Assembly (NCBI GenBank): GCA_028818855.1
Contig: JAPPMY010000248.1
Location: 26,330-90,329 of the forward strand
Source of the DNA: Rhodospirillales bacterium
GTDB lineage: Bacteria > Pseudomonadota > Alphaproteobacteria > UBA828
Direction of reading: 5' to 3'
Length of the DNA stretch: 64,000 nt
Shown piece by piece: positions 1-11,099 of this stretch. Made by a program: the position numbers and the translations under genes. The notes under the pieces are model-generated. The model was given only the letters and a program-made list of their open reading frames with translations. It was not told where the DNA came from and did not search any database. The first letter of the stretch is position 1. Each line of letters begins with the position of its first letter.

Positions 1-544
1 CCGCGAAGGGTCCGGCCTCCGTATCGTCGCCCTGCCCGCTCTTTCCCGCCTCCCCCTCGCCTGCCGCGTAGGTGAGCGGCTCGTCCGGCGCGTCCGGATG
101 GCGCGGATAGGGGTCGAGGACGAGGGCGAGATGCTCCGCCACGATCTCGCTCACGTCGATGCCCTCGGGCGGCAGCGGCTCGGCCTCCTCACCCTCCGCG
201 AGGACCTCGACCTCGTGCTCGGACGGGTCCTCCGGGTCTGGTGCGAAGAGGACCGAAACCGGTTCTGCAAGCGTGCGGGGCACGGGCTCCAGCGTCACCA
301 CGCAGCTCTGCGCGAGCCGCGCCCGGATCGTCCCGCTCACGCGAATGGCTCCCTCGGCCTCGTCCGCCGGCGCGAAGCGAAGCTCCGCCGTGAGCCGCTC
401 CAGCGCCAGCAGGTCGAGGCGACGCCTGAGCGCTTCCCTCTCGCTCTCGTCGAACTCGATCTCGGCCGCGAGCCCGCGCGGCCCCACCTCTTCGGGCGTG
501 ATCAGGCGCGGTCTCCCGCCGTGCCCGGGCGCGTCGGCGCTCAC
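1..544 (-). CDS. DUF177/YceD-family protein (3' end cut by window edge)
   Basis: Own minus-strand translation from GTG at 542-544 (GTGA overlap with the stop of 541..1137): VSADAPGHGGRPRLITPEEV...TIRARLAQSCVVTLEPVP...IDVSEIVAEHLALVLDPYPRHPDA. The acidic C-terminal half and the C-x-x-T-L-E-P / DPYPR motifs fit DUF177. Absent from the ORF track because the ORF is truncated. Confidence 0.65.
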   Translation of the reverse strand, partial: MSADAPGHGGRPRLITPEEVGPRGLAAEIEFDESEREALRRRLDLLALERLTAELRFAPADEAEGAIRVSGTIRARLAQSCVVTLEPVPRTLAEPVSVLFAPDPEDPSEHEVEVLAEGEEAEPLPPEGIDVSEIVAEHLALVLDPYPRHPDAPDEPLTYAAGEGEAGKSGQGDDTEAGPFA

Positions 545-1137
545 TCTCCCTCCTCCGCCGGAGCGGCAGGCGTGAGCGGCGGCACCGGCGGCAGAACGAT
601 CTCCCCGGCGAGCAGAGCCGCCTCGCTCTGGCCGTCGAGCGCGTCGACCAGCATCTCGACGTAGCCCGCCATCGCCTGCAAACGGGCGGCGGGCGGCGGG
701 GCGTTGTTGAAGACGTTGCGCTCCAGCGCCTCGGCGATGGAGCGGCGGCGGTCCGCGCCCGGCGCCTGGTCGAAGGCCTGGTCGTAGGCCTGGGCGCGCC
801 CGTAGAAGGCGCGCGCCATCTGCTTCACCCGCTTGCCGACGCGAAGGTCGCCCACGCCCATCTCGCGCAGGCTCTGATCCATGTCGTCGAACATCACGTC
901 GAAGACCGCCTGGCTGAGCTGCCGCCCCGCCTCGTCGCACCGGCGGAGCCTCCGCATCAACGGCACCACGTGGAGCACGATCAGGTCGAAGCGCCCGTCC
1001 AGCGTGTCGGCGACGCCGCCTTCAGTGTAGAGCGTGGGGTCGCGGGCCTGGCGCACCGCCGCCAAGTAGAGGCGGCGGGCCGCCTCGCGCCGGCGTTTGC
1101 GCCCCTCCAGATGGCGCCAGATGCGGCCGAGCGCCAC
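541..1137 (-). CDS. ubiquinol-cytochrome c chaperone (Cbp3-like) family protein
   Basis: 198-aa ORF. LYLAAVRQARDPTLYTEGGVADTLDGRFDLIVLHVVPLMRRL matches the bacterial Cbp3-like family pattern. Sits in the conserved alphaproteobacterial position between yceD-like and bamE. Confidence 0.7.
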   Translation of the reverse strand: MALGRIWRHLEGRKRRREAARRLYLAAVRQARDPTLYTEGGVADTLDGRFDLIVLHVVPLMRRLRRCDEAGRQLSQAVFDVMFDDMDQSLREMGVGDLRVGKRVKQMARAFYGRAQAYDQAFDQAPGADRRRSIAEALERNVFNNAPPPAARLQAMAGYVEMLVDALDGQSEAALLAGEIVLPPVPPLTPAAPAEEGE

Positions 1138-1224
1138 GACGACCCCTCCCCCCTAGCCCGCGGCGTTGACACGCCCAGCCAACGCGCGCAGGTTGGCGCG
1201 GCTTGGCGAGCGGAGGAGACTTTC

Positions 1225-1716
1225 ATGGCGCTCCGGCGCACACACACGGGGGAAACCGCGCCTCGGACGCGGGCATGGCGCTTGCGGCACACGCTGCTTG
1301 GCTGCGCGCTGGCGGCGGTGCTTCTCGCCGGCTGCTCGCCGCAGGTCCACCAGCAAGGCCATGTCAGGGACGCAGACGCTCTGGCCGAGATCAAGCCCGG
1401 TGTGCAGACACGCGCGGAGGTCGCCCGCCTGCTGGGCACGCCGTCGGCCATAGGAACCTTCGACGACGCGAACTGGTACTACATCACCCGCCGCTCGGAG
1501 ACGACGGCGTTCTACGCGCCCGAGCTGGTCGACCAGAGCATCACCGTGATCAGCTTCGACGAGGACGGCGTGGTGGCCGAAGTCGCCTCGGTCTCGCTCG
1601 AAGAGGCGCGCGCGATCGAGGTCGTGGAGGATGAGACCCCGACGCGCGGGCGCGAACTCTCCCTGCTCGAGCAGCTCTTCGGCAATATCGGCCGGCCGGC
1701 CGCGCCCACGCGATAA
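1225..1716 (+). CDS. bamE: outer membrane assembly lipoprotein BamE (SmpA/OmlA)
   Basis: ORF 970..1716 trimmed to ATG 1225, preceded by GGAGGA at 1212-1217. Lipobox LLAGC. SmpA/OmlA core: IKPGVQTRAEVARLLGTPSAIGTFDDANWYYI. Confidence 0.75.
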   Translation: MALRRTHTGETAPRTRAWRLRHTLLGCALAAVLLAGCSPQVHQQGHVRDADALAEIKPGVQTRAEVARLLGTPSAIGTFDDANWYYITRRSETTAFYAPELVDQSITVISFDEDGVVAEVASVSLEEARAIEVVEDETPTRGRELSLLEQLFGNIGRPAAPTR

Positions 1717-1757
1717 GGCGCCTCGTCCCCCGGGTCTCCTCTCGGCGCCGCAGCGCA

Positions 1758-3851
<2,094 letters not shown>

Positions 3852-4200
3852 GGTGGCAACCTCATGGGGCGATGGGGAGACAGGCGTTCGTGCACGCCTT
3901 CGTGCGCGCCGGGGCGGCCCGCCGGCGCGGCGGAAAATGCCAGATGCGCCAGGCGAACGCAACCGGGGGAGACTTTTTGTATCCCTCAGACGCCGGGCGC
4001 TCGCTCCGCTCGCTTGGCTTCGCGCTACGCGCGCGGCGCGGTCGCGCCGTCCGGGCCGCTTAGCGGCCCGGCCCACAATTGTCACACTCTTCGCTTGCCG
4101 CCGAGCGCTCGCTTCGCGCTCACCTTCTCACCCTCCTCGGGCTGGTGCGGGCGGGCGGCGCTGGTATAGTGCGCGCGCCTTCAGAGCCGGGAGAGGACGA

Positions 4201-5055
4201 ATGAAGCTGTTGCGCGTTGGCGAGGCGGGCGCCGAGCGGCCGGCCGTGATGCTGGAGAGCGGAGAGATCATCGACGTATCGAGCGCGGTCGGCGAGATCG
4301 GCGGCCCCTGGCTCGAAGGCGGTGGCGTCGGGCGCCTGGCAGGGGTCCTGGCCGAAGGCTCCGACCGGTTCCCGCGCGTCGATGCCGGCACGCGCATCGG
4401 CGCGCCGGTGGTGCGGCCCGGGCACATCATCGCCATCGGCCTCAACTATGCCGACCACGCCAAGGAAGCCGGCATGGACCTGCCGACGGAGCCGATCATC
4501 TTCACCAAGGCGCCGAGCTCCTACAGCGGGCCGGACGACGACGTGCTGATCCCGCCCGGCAGCACCAAGACCGACTGGGAGGTCGAGCTTGGCATCGTGA
4601 TCGGCCGCAGCGCCGAGAACCTGCCTGACGAGGCGGCGGCGATGGAGCATGTCGCCGGCTACTGCATCTGCAACGACGTGTCGGAGCGCGACTTCCAGCT
4701 CAACCACGGCCCCACCTGGGTCAAGGGCAAGTCGGCCAGGACCTTCTGCCCCACGGGCCCGTGGCTGGTCACCCCGGACGAGATTCCGGACCCCCAGAGC
4801 CTCGCCATGTCGCTCACCGTCAACGGCGAGGTGCGCCAGAGCGGCAGCACCACGACGATGATCTTCGGCGTCGCCCACCTCGTCCACTACATCAGCAAGT
4901 TCATGGTCCTGGATGCGGGCGATCTGATCGCGACGGGAACCCCGCCTGGCGTCGGCATGGGCATGAAGCCCCCGGTGTTCCTGAAGCCCGGCGACGTGAT
5001 GGAGCTGGAGATCGAGGGCCTCGGCCGCCAGCGGCAGACGCTCCGCCAGGGCTAG
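4201..5055 (+). CDS. fumarylacetoacetate hydrolase (FAH) family protein
   Basis: ATG 4201 after GGAGAGGA. Motifs IIAIGLNYADHAKEAG, DWEVELGIVIG, CNDVSERDFQ and GDLIATGTPPGVG are typical of the FAH / 2-keto-4-pentenoate hydratase fold. Confidence 0.9.
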   Translation: MKLLRVGEAGAERPAVMLESGEIIDVSSAVGEIGGPWLEGGGVGRLAGVLAEGSDRFPRVDAGTRIGAPVVRPGHIIAIGLNYADHAKEAGMDLPTEPIIFTKAPSSYSGPDDDVLIPPGSTKTDWEVELGIVIGRSAENLPDEAAAMEHVAGYCICNDVSERDFQLNHGPTWVKGKSARTFCPTGPWLVTPDEIPDPQSLAMSLTVNGEVRQSGSTTTMIFGVAHLVHYISKFMVLDAGDLIATGTPPGVGMGMKPPVFLKPGDVMELEIEGLGRQRQTLRQG

Positions 5056-5076
5056 CCCGCAACCCTTCGGCACCGT

Positions 5077-5105
5077 TTGACAGGGGTGCGGGCGCTCCCT
5101 ATGGT
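5077..5105 (+). promoter_or_regulatory. sigma70-like promoter upstream of rpmJ (TTGACA-17 nt-TATGGT)
   Basis: TTGACA at 5077-5082, a 17-nt spacer, then TATGGT at 5100-5105, about 27 nt upstream of the rpmJ ATG. Confidence 0.4.
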
Positions 5106-5131
5106 GCGCCGCCCCTCCGCAAGAGGATGAC

Positions 5132-5257
5132 ATGAAGGTCCGCAACTCGCTTCGCGCCGCGAAGAAGCGCCACAAGGATTGCCAGATCGTGCGCCGCAGG
5201 GGCCGCGTGCTGGTCATCAACAAGCGCAACCCGCGCTTCAAGGTGCGCCAGGGCTGA
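5132..5257 (+). CDS. rpmJ: 50S ribosomal protein L36 (41 aa, non-zinc-ribbon type)
   Basis: Own translation: [48 protein letters not shown] lies upstream. Below the 60-aa cutoff of the ORF track. Confidence 0.9.
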   Translation: MKVRNSLRAAKKRHKDCQIVRRRGRVLVINKRNPRFKVRQG

Positions 5258-5302
5258 TCGCGACGGACCGCGCCAGCCGCGCCGGCGCGGCTCCCGCCTG
5301 CA

Positions 5303-5331
5303 TTGACGGGCGGCGCGTGCGCACCGACAAT
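5303..5331 (+). promoter_or_regulatory. candidate promoter for glcDEF (TTGACG-17 nt-GACAAT)
   Basis: Hexamers at 5303-5308 and 5326-5331 with 17-nt spacing, about 50 nt upstream of the glcD start. Confidence 0.3.
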
Positions 5332-5381
5332 CCGCTCCGAACGACGACGAGGCCCCCGCACGGGGCCTGAGAGGTGCTGCC

Positions 5382-6872
5382 GTGGTAGCGATGCCGGAGC
5401 CCGACGCGGGCGTCATCAACCAGCGGCAGTCCCTGGTGGCGGCGCTGCGCAAGCTGCTGCCCGAGGACTGCGTCATCGACGACGAGCGCGGCCTGCGCCC
5501 CTTCGAGTGCGACGGCCTGAGCGCCTACCGGGCGCTCCCCATGGTGGTCGTCCTGCCGCGCGATACGGGCGAGATCAGCCGCGTGCTCGCGCTCTGCCAC
5601 GAGCGCGGCGTCAAGATCGTGCCGCGCGGGGCCGGCACCGGGCTTTCCGGCGGGGCGCTGCCGCTCGCCGACGGGGTCACCGTCGGCTTCGGCAAGCTCA
5701 ACCGGATTCTCGAGATCGACACGGCCAACCGCTGCGCCGTGGTGCAGCCGGGGGTGGCCAACCTCGCCATCAGCACGGCAGTGAGCCCGTACGGCTTCTA
5801 CTATGCGCCCGATCCCTCCAGCCAGATCGCCTGCTCCATCGGCGGCAACGTCGCCGAGAACTCCGGCGGCGTGCACTGCCTCAAGTACGGGCTCACCACC
5901 AACAACCTGCTCGGCGTCGAGATGGTGCTGATGGACGGCGAGGTCCTGCGGCTTGGCGGCAAGCAGTTCGATGCCGAGGGCTACGACATGCTGGGCGTGG
6001 TCACCGGCTCGGAGGGGCTGCTCGGCGTTGTCTCCGAGGTGACGGTGCGGATCCTGCCCAAGCCCGCCACGGTGCGCGCACTGCTACTGGGCTTCCCCGA
6101 CAACGCGTCCGCCGGCGCCTGCGTGGGCGAGATCATCGCGGCCGGGATCATCCCGGCCGGGCTCGAGATGATGGACAAGCCGGCGATCGACGCGGCGGAA
6201 GCCTTCTGCCAGCCCGGCTACCCTATGGACGTGGCGTCGATCCTGATCTGCGAGCTTGACGGGCCCGAGGTGGAGGTCGACGAGCTGGTCGACCTGGTGG
6301 GCAAGCTCGCCCGCAAGTCCGGCGCGACGACGATCCGCTCGAGCACGAGCGAGGACGAGCGCGAGCGCTTCTGGCTCGGCCGCAAGACCGCCTTCGGTGC
6401 CGCAGGCCGCATGGCGCCCGACTACTACGTGATGGACGGCACCATCCCGCGCGCGCGCCTGCCCGAGGTGCTCAACCGGATCGGCGAACTCTCGCGCGAG
6501 TACGGCCTGCCGGTCGCCAACGTCTTCCACGCCGGCGACGGCAACCTGCACCCGCTCATCATGTACGATTCCAGCATCCCCGGCGAACTCGAGCGGACCG
6601 AGGAGATGGGCTCGGAGATCCTCAAGCTCTGCGTCGAGGTGGGGGGCGTGCTGACCGGCGAGCACGGCGTCGGCGTCGAGAAGCGCGACCTGATGGGCGC
6701 GATGTTCACCGAGGACGACCTCAAGCAGCAGCAGCGCATCAAGTGCGCCTTCGATCCCGACCAGCTGCTCAACCCCGGCAAGGTCTTCCCGACGCTGCAC
6801 CGCTGCGCCGAGCTTGGCCAGATGCACGTGCACCGGGGCGAGACGCCCTTCCCCGACCTGCCCCGCTTCTGA
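5382..6872 (+). CDS. glcD: glycolate oxidase subunit GlcD (FAD-linked oxidase)
   Basis: 496 aa. FAD-binding PCMH region VVLPRDTGEISRVLALCHERGVKIVPRGAGTGLSGGA. C-terminal GEHGVG...KxxFDP...LNPGK. First gene of the D-E-F triplet. Alternative ATG at 5391. Confidence 0.92.
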   Translation: MVAMPEPDAGVINQRQSLVAALRKLLPEDCVIDDERGLRPFECDGLSAYRALPMVVVLPRDTGEISRVLALCHERGVKIVPRGAGTGLSGGALPLADGVTVGFGKLNRILEIDTANRCAVVQPGVANLAISTAVSPYGFYYAPDPSSQIACSIGGNVAENSGGVHCLKYGLTTNNLLGVEMVLMDGEVLRLGGKQFDAEGYDMLGVVTGSEGLLGVVSEVTVRILPKPATVRALLLGFPDNASAGACVGEIIAAGIIPAGLEMMDKPAIDAAEAFCQPGYPMDVASILICELDGPEVEVDELVDLVGKLARKSGATTIRSSTSEDERERFWLGRKTAFGAAGRMAPDYYVMDGTIPRARLPEVLNRIGELSREYGLPVANVFHAGDGNLHPLIMYDSSIPGELERTEEMGSEILKLCVEVGGVLTGEHGVGVEKRDLMGAMFTEDDLKQQQRIKCAFDPDQLLNPGKVFPTLHRCAELGQMHVHRGETPFPDLPRF

Positions 6873-8089
6873 TGGCCGACAGCCTCGCGCCGGCCGACGC
6901 GGAGGGCCTCGCGGATGCCGTCCGCTGGGCGGTTGCGGGCGAGCATCCGCTGGAGGTGCTCGCCGGCGGCTCCAAGCGGGCGCTCGGCCGGCCCGTGCAG
7001 AGCGCCGCAACCCTCTCGCTCGCCGCGTTCGACGGCATCGTGGACTACCAGCCCTCCGAGCTGGTGCTGACGGCACGGGCGGCAACGCCGCTCGCCGCCA
7101 TCGAGGCGGCGGTCGAGGCAGAGCGGCAGATGCTGGCGTTCGAGCCCGCCGACTACGGGCCTCTCCTGGGCGGAGCGGAGCATGCCACGCTCGGCGGCGC
7201 GCTCGCCTGCAATCTCTCGGGCCCGCGCCGGATCAAGGCGGGTGCCGCGCGCGATCACTTCCTCGGCATGCACGCGGTGAGCGGGCGGGGCGAGCGCTTC
7301 AAGGCCGGCGGGCGCGTGGTCAAGAACGTGACCGGCTACGACGTCTGCAAGCTGCTCGCGGGCTCCTACGGCACGCTCGCGCTCATGCACGAGGTGACGG
7401 TCAAGGTCCTGCCCGCGCCGGAGCGCACGCGCACGGTGCTGGTGTTCGGACTGGAGCCGGCCGCCGCCATCGAAGCCCTCGGCGCAGCGCTCGGCAGCGC
7501 GCACGAGGCCTCGGGCGCGGCCCACATGCCGGCCGAGGCGGCGGCACGCTCGGGGGTCTCCTACGTCTCCGGCGCCGGCGCTGCGGTGACCGCCGTGCGG
7601 GTCGAGGGCTTCCCCGCCTCGGTGGAGGCCCGCTGCGCGGCCCTGCGGGAGCTGCTCGGGCGCTTCGGCGCGGTGGAGGAGCTGCACTCGAAGAACTCGG
7701 CGACACTCTGGCGCGAGATCCGGGACGTCCGTCCCTTCGCCGGCGACGACCGGCCGCTCTGGCGCCTCTCCGTCCCGCCGGCATCGGGCGCCGCGGCGGC
7801 CGCGCGCGTGGTGGAGGCGGCGGACGCGTGCGCGCTGTTCGACTGGGGCGGCGGGCTCGTCTGGCTCACCGTCGGCGGCGCGCCCGACGCGGGCGAAGCT
7901 GAAGTGCGCGCCGCCGCTTCGGCGCTGGGCGGGCACGCGACGCTGGTGCGCGCCGATGCGCCGACGCGGGCGGCGCGGGCGGTGTTCCAGCCCCAGGCTG
8001 CGGGCCTGGCAGCGCTGACCGCGCGCATCAAGCGGGCCTTCGATCCCGCGGGCGTGCTCAACCCCGGACGCATGTACGCAGGCGTCTAG
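6872..8089 (+). CDS. glcE: glycolate oxidase subunit GlcE (FAD-binding)
   Basis: ATG 6872 overlaps the glcD stop (TGATG). MADSLAPADAEGLADAVRWAVAGEHPLEVLAGGSKR...VKNVTGYD...KRAFDPAGVLNPGRM. Confidence 0.88.
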   Translation: MADSLAPADAEGLADAVRWAVAGEHPLEVLAGGSKRALGRPVQSAATLSLAAFDGIVDYQPSELVLTARAATPLAAIEAAVEAERQMLAFEPADYGPLLGGAEHATLGGALACNLSGPRRIKAGAARDHFLGMHAVSGRGERFKAGGRVVKNVTGYDVCKLLAGSYGTLALMHEVTVKVLPAPERTRTVLVFGLEPAAAIEALGAALGSAHEASGAAHMPAEAAARSGVSYVSGAGAAVTAVRVEGFPASVEARCAALRELLGRFGAVEELHSKNSATLWREIRDVRPFAGDDRPLWRLSVPPASGAAAAARVVEAADACALFDWGGGLVWLTVGGAPDAGEAEVRAAASALGGHATLVRADAPTRAARAVFQPQAAGLAALTARIKRAFDPAGVLNPGRMYAGV

Positions 8090-8094
8090 CAGGC

Positions 8095-9399
8095 ATGCAG
8101 ACCCAATTCTCCGAGAGCCAGCTCGCGCACCCGGCGGTGGCCCAGGCCAACGAGGTGCTGCGGACCTGCGTTCACTGCGGGCTCTGCCTCTCCACCTGCC
8201 CCACGTACGCGCTGCTGGGCGACGAGCGGGACAGCCCGCGCGGGCGCATCTACCTCATCAAGGACATGCTGGAGCAGGATGCGCCGGCCGACGCCACGGT
8301 GACCCGCCACATCGACCGCTGCCTCTCCTGCCTCTCCTGCATGACGACCTGCCCGGCCGGCGTCGACTACATGCACCTGGTCGATCATGCGCGCGGCCAC
8401 ATCGAGCAGACGTGGGAGCGACCGCTTGCCGAGCGCGCGCTCCGCACCCTGCTCAGCGTCATATTGCCGCGTCCGGGCCTCGCGCGGCTGGCACTCATGG
8501 CGGCGCGCGGCCCTGCCCTGCTGGCGCCGCTCTTCGGCGGACGCATCGGCGCGCTGCTGCGCCTCGCCGGACGCCCGTCCTACGGGCCGAGCTGGGTCGA
8601 GCGGCCGCAGACGATCCCCGCCCGGGGCCGGCGGCAGAAGCGCGTGGCGCTGCTCACAGGCTGCGTGCAGTGCACGCTGGCGCCCGAGATCAACGAGGCG
8701 GCGGTGCGCGTGCTCACCCGCCACGGCTGCGATGTGGTGGTGCCCAGCGGCGCGGGCTGCTGCGGCGCGCTTTCGCACCACCTGGGCGACGAAGCGCGCG
8801 GCCGGGCCCAGGCCGGGCGCACGGCGGCCGCGTTCGCGCGGGAAGCCGGCGAAGGCGGGCTCGACGCGGTGGTCACCACGGCGTCCGGCTGCGGCACCAT
8901 GCTGAAGGACTATGGCCACCTGCTGAAGGACGACCCGGCCCATGCCGGGGACGGAGCGCAGGTGGCGGCGCTCGCCCGCGACATCAGCGAACTCCTGACG
9001 GAACTCGGCCTCACCGCCGAGCGACCGGCGCCCACGAGCGCGCCGGTCGCCTACCATTCGGCCTGCTCGCTGCAGCACGGCCAGCGGGTCAAGCGCCAGC
9101 CGACGGCGCTCCTCGCCGCCGCGGGCTTCACCCTGCGGACGGTCCCTGACGAACATTTCTGCTGCGGTTCGGCGGGAACCTATAATATTCTTCAATCGGA
9201 AATCGCCGACTCACTCGGAGAACGCAAGGCGAAAGCAATCGAAAGCACGGGTGCCGCGCTCGTGGCTGCGGGCAACATCGGTTGCATGGTGCAGATCGCG
9301 GGCCACACTCGGCTGCCGGTGGTTCATACGGTCGAGCTCCTCGACTGGGCGACCGGCGGTCCGCGGCCTTCGGCACTGCTGCAGTCTACCGCCGTTTAG
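8095..9399 (+). CDS. glcF: glycolate oxidase iron-sulfur subunit GlcF
   Basis: Two 4Fe-4S motifs (CVHCGLCLSTCP, CLSCLSCMTTCP) and two CCG domains (GAGCCGALSHH, HFCCGSAGTYN). Confidence 0.92.
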   Translation: MQTQFSESQLAHPAVAQANEVLRTCVHCGLCLSTCPTYALLGDERDSPRGRIYLIKDMLEQDAPADATVTRHIDRCLSCLSCMTTCPAGVDYMHLVDHARGHIEQTWERPLAERALRTLLSVILPRPGLARLALMAARGPALLAPLFGGRIGALLRLAGRPSYGPSWVERPQTIPARGRRQKRVALLTGCVQCTLAPEINEAAVRVLTRHGCDVVVPSGAGCCGALSHHLGDEARGRAQAGRTAAAFAREAGEGGLDAVVTTASGCGTMLKDYGHLLKDDPAHAGDGAQVAALARDISELLTELGLTAERPAPTSAPVAYHSACSLQHGQRVKRQPTALLAAAGFTLRTVPDEHFCCGSAGTYNILQSEIADSLGERKAKAIESTGAALVAAGNIGCMVQIAGHTRLPVVHTVELLDWATGGPRPSALLQSTAV

Positions 9400-9480
9400 C
9401 GCCACCCGGCCGGGACCGGCGCGCCAGAGAAACAACAGGTGGAGCACGCGTTGGGATCGCCCAGAGCCAAGCAACCTGCC

Positions 9481-9819
9481 ATGGACGTGACGACGGAACG
9501 CAAGGCCGGCGTGCTGTCGGTGCGCGTTGACGGGCGCATCGATGGCTCCACCGTGCTCGCGTTTCACGAGGCGATCGAGACCGCGCTCGAGGACGACGAT
9601 CACACCGTGATCGTCGACTGCGAGAGACTGAGCTACATCGGAAGCGTGGGCCTTCGCACCGTGCTCGCAATTGCCAAGGCCGTCTCCAACCGCGACGCAC
9701 GGTTCGCGCTCTGCTCGGTTTCGACTCAAGTCATGAGCGTTTTCGAGCAGTCGGGGTTCGACACGATAATCTCGATCCACCCGTCAAAGGCCGAGGCGCT
9801 CGCCGCGCTCGCGGAGTGA
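9481..9819 (+). CDS. STAS-domain protein (anti-sigma-factor antagonist, SpoIIAA/RsbV-like)
   Basis: ORF 9439..9819. The ATG at 9481 gives MDVTTERKAGVLSVRVDGRIDGSTVLAFHEAIE...VIVDCERLSYIGSVGLRTVL, with the conserved phosphorylatable Ser context (SYIGSVGL). Confidence 0.8.
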   Translation: MDVTTERKAGVLSVRVDGRIDGSTVLAFHEAIETALEDDDHTVIVDCERLSYIGSVGLRTVLAIAKAVSNRDARFALCSVSTQVMSVFEQSGFDTIISIHPSKAEALAALAE

Positions 9820-9861
9820 CCTCGCGCCGGATGCCGCGTTAAGGCGGCGCGCGACGCGGAA

Positions 9862-10806
9862 TTAAAACCGGATCGCCTTTTGCGCTTCCTCGGTGAGCGC
9901 GATCCCCGCGCTCGTCGCCGCGTCCGCCAGCACATCGATCCACTTCTGGCCGTGGGCGGCAACCCGATGGGTGAGTCCGATCCGCCGGGAGGGCTCGGGC
10001 GCGGCGAAGCGAAGGAAGCTCAGGTCGGGCTCGGCTGCGCGCTCGGCGAGCGCGGCGGTCTCCGGCATGAGCGTCAGCCCGGCGCCGCTCGCGACAAGCC
10101 GGGACAGCGTGGCGAGCGACTCCGCGCCGCGGCGGACCTCGCGCGTGCGCCACATCAGGGAGGCGCCGAGAACCTGGTCGGCCAGACAATGACCGTCGCC
10201 GAGGGTGAGCAGCGGCCCGATATCCGCCCGCGCCAGGTCGGAGGGACGCAGATCGTCGCCGAGCGTGCGGCGAATCGAGGCCAGGCGATCGGCCCGGCCG
10301 GCGAGCACGAAGTGGTCCTCGAAGAGCTCGCGCTCGGGTAGCTCCATGAGCCCCAGCGGGAGGGAGACGATCGCCGCATCGAGGCGGCCGGCAAGAAGGC
10401 TGGAGACGAGGTCCTGTCCCGGCGCCTCCCTGATTTCCAGCTCGATGCGGGGCGAGGCGTCGTGCAGGTGGCTCAGGATTCCGGAAAGCAGGTAGGGCGC
10501 CAGCGTCGAGACGACCCCGACCGAGACCCTGAGCGGCCCCGCCTCGAACCTCTGGCCCAGATTCTCGAGGAGCAGCGTTTCGTCCAGGATGCGAAGGGTC
10601 TGATCGTGCGCCTCCCGCCCGAGCGGCGTAAGCAGGATGCCCCGGCTCTCCCGCTCGACCAGCGACCCGCCCAGCGAGGCCTCGAGCTCGCGAATCTGAA
10701 GCGAAAGCGCAGGCTGCGAGACGTGAACGCTCTCGGCCGCCCGGCTGAAGGAGCCATGCTCGATCAGGGCCTGGAAGTAGCGCAGCTGACGCAGGGTAAC
10801 GGGCAT
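9862..10806 (-). CDS. LysR-family transcriptional regulator
   Basis: N-terminal wHTH: LRQLRYFQALIEHGSFSRAAESVHVSQPALSLQIRELEASLGGSLVER. C-terminal LysR substrate-binding fold of about 200 aa. Confidence 0.9.
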   Translation of the reverse strand: MPVTLRQLRYFQALIEHGSFSRAAESVHVSQPALSLQIRELEASLGGSLVERESRGILLTPLGREAHDQTLRILDETLLLENLGQRFEAGPLRVSVGVVSTLAPYLLSGILSHLHDASPRIELEIREAPGQDLVSSLLAGRLDAAIVSLPLGLMELPERELFEDHFVLAGRADRLASIRRTLGDDLRPSDLARADIGPLLTLGDGHCLADQVLGASLMWRTREVRRGAESLATLSRLVASGAGLTLMPETAALAERAAEPDLSFLRFAAPEPSRRIGLTHRVAAHGQKWIDVLADAATSAGIALTEEAQKAIRF

Positions 10807-10989
10807 ATCCTGCCCCTATCGGAACGGCCGCTGCGACGAGAGCGATCGAGGCCCGCTGCCGGCGCGCGCGTCAGCCCGCGACGAAGCTCTCGGATGGATC
10901 GCGAGACCATTCCGGGGGGCCCGGTTCAATGTCCTGCGACATATCACTATGGATATCATCCGATCGCCTGCGATAATCCGGCGGCGTAC

Positions 10990-11008
10990 ATGTCATTTGT
11001 GATGACAT
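10990..11008. promoter_or_regulatory. inverted repeat ATGTCAT-N5-ATGACAT in the AT-rich LysR upstream region
   Basis: Perfect 7-bp arms at 10990-10996 and 11002-11008. The dyad ATCGC-CT-GCGAT (10962-10973) and the duplicated GATATCA (10940-10958) lie nearby. About 185 bp upstream of the LysR start. Confidence 0.3.
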
Positions 11009-11099
11009 AGAGTAACAACTTCCAATACCGAATTCTTCGTCTATCTATAAAGTGCGCTTATGCGGAGGCAGCCCGGGCGGGTGCTGAGCCGGCGATCAG

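Noticed and set aside
3852-4085. 78-codon N-terminal extension of the hppA ORF
   Set aside because: The extension is an Arg/Pro/Ala-rich, non-membrane sequence. The ATG at 3849-3851 begins directly with the first TM helix and gives the canonical length of about 700 aa.
5132-5257. L36 as a Zur-regulated zinc-sparing paralogue linked to the zur-znuCB locus
   Set aside because: It is 12 kb away and has its own sigma70-like promoter and no Zur-box-like dyad. The 41-aa Cys-poor form is the standard L36 in many alphaproteobacteria.
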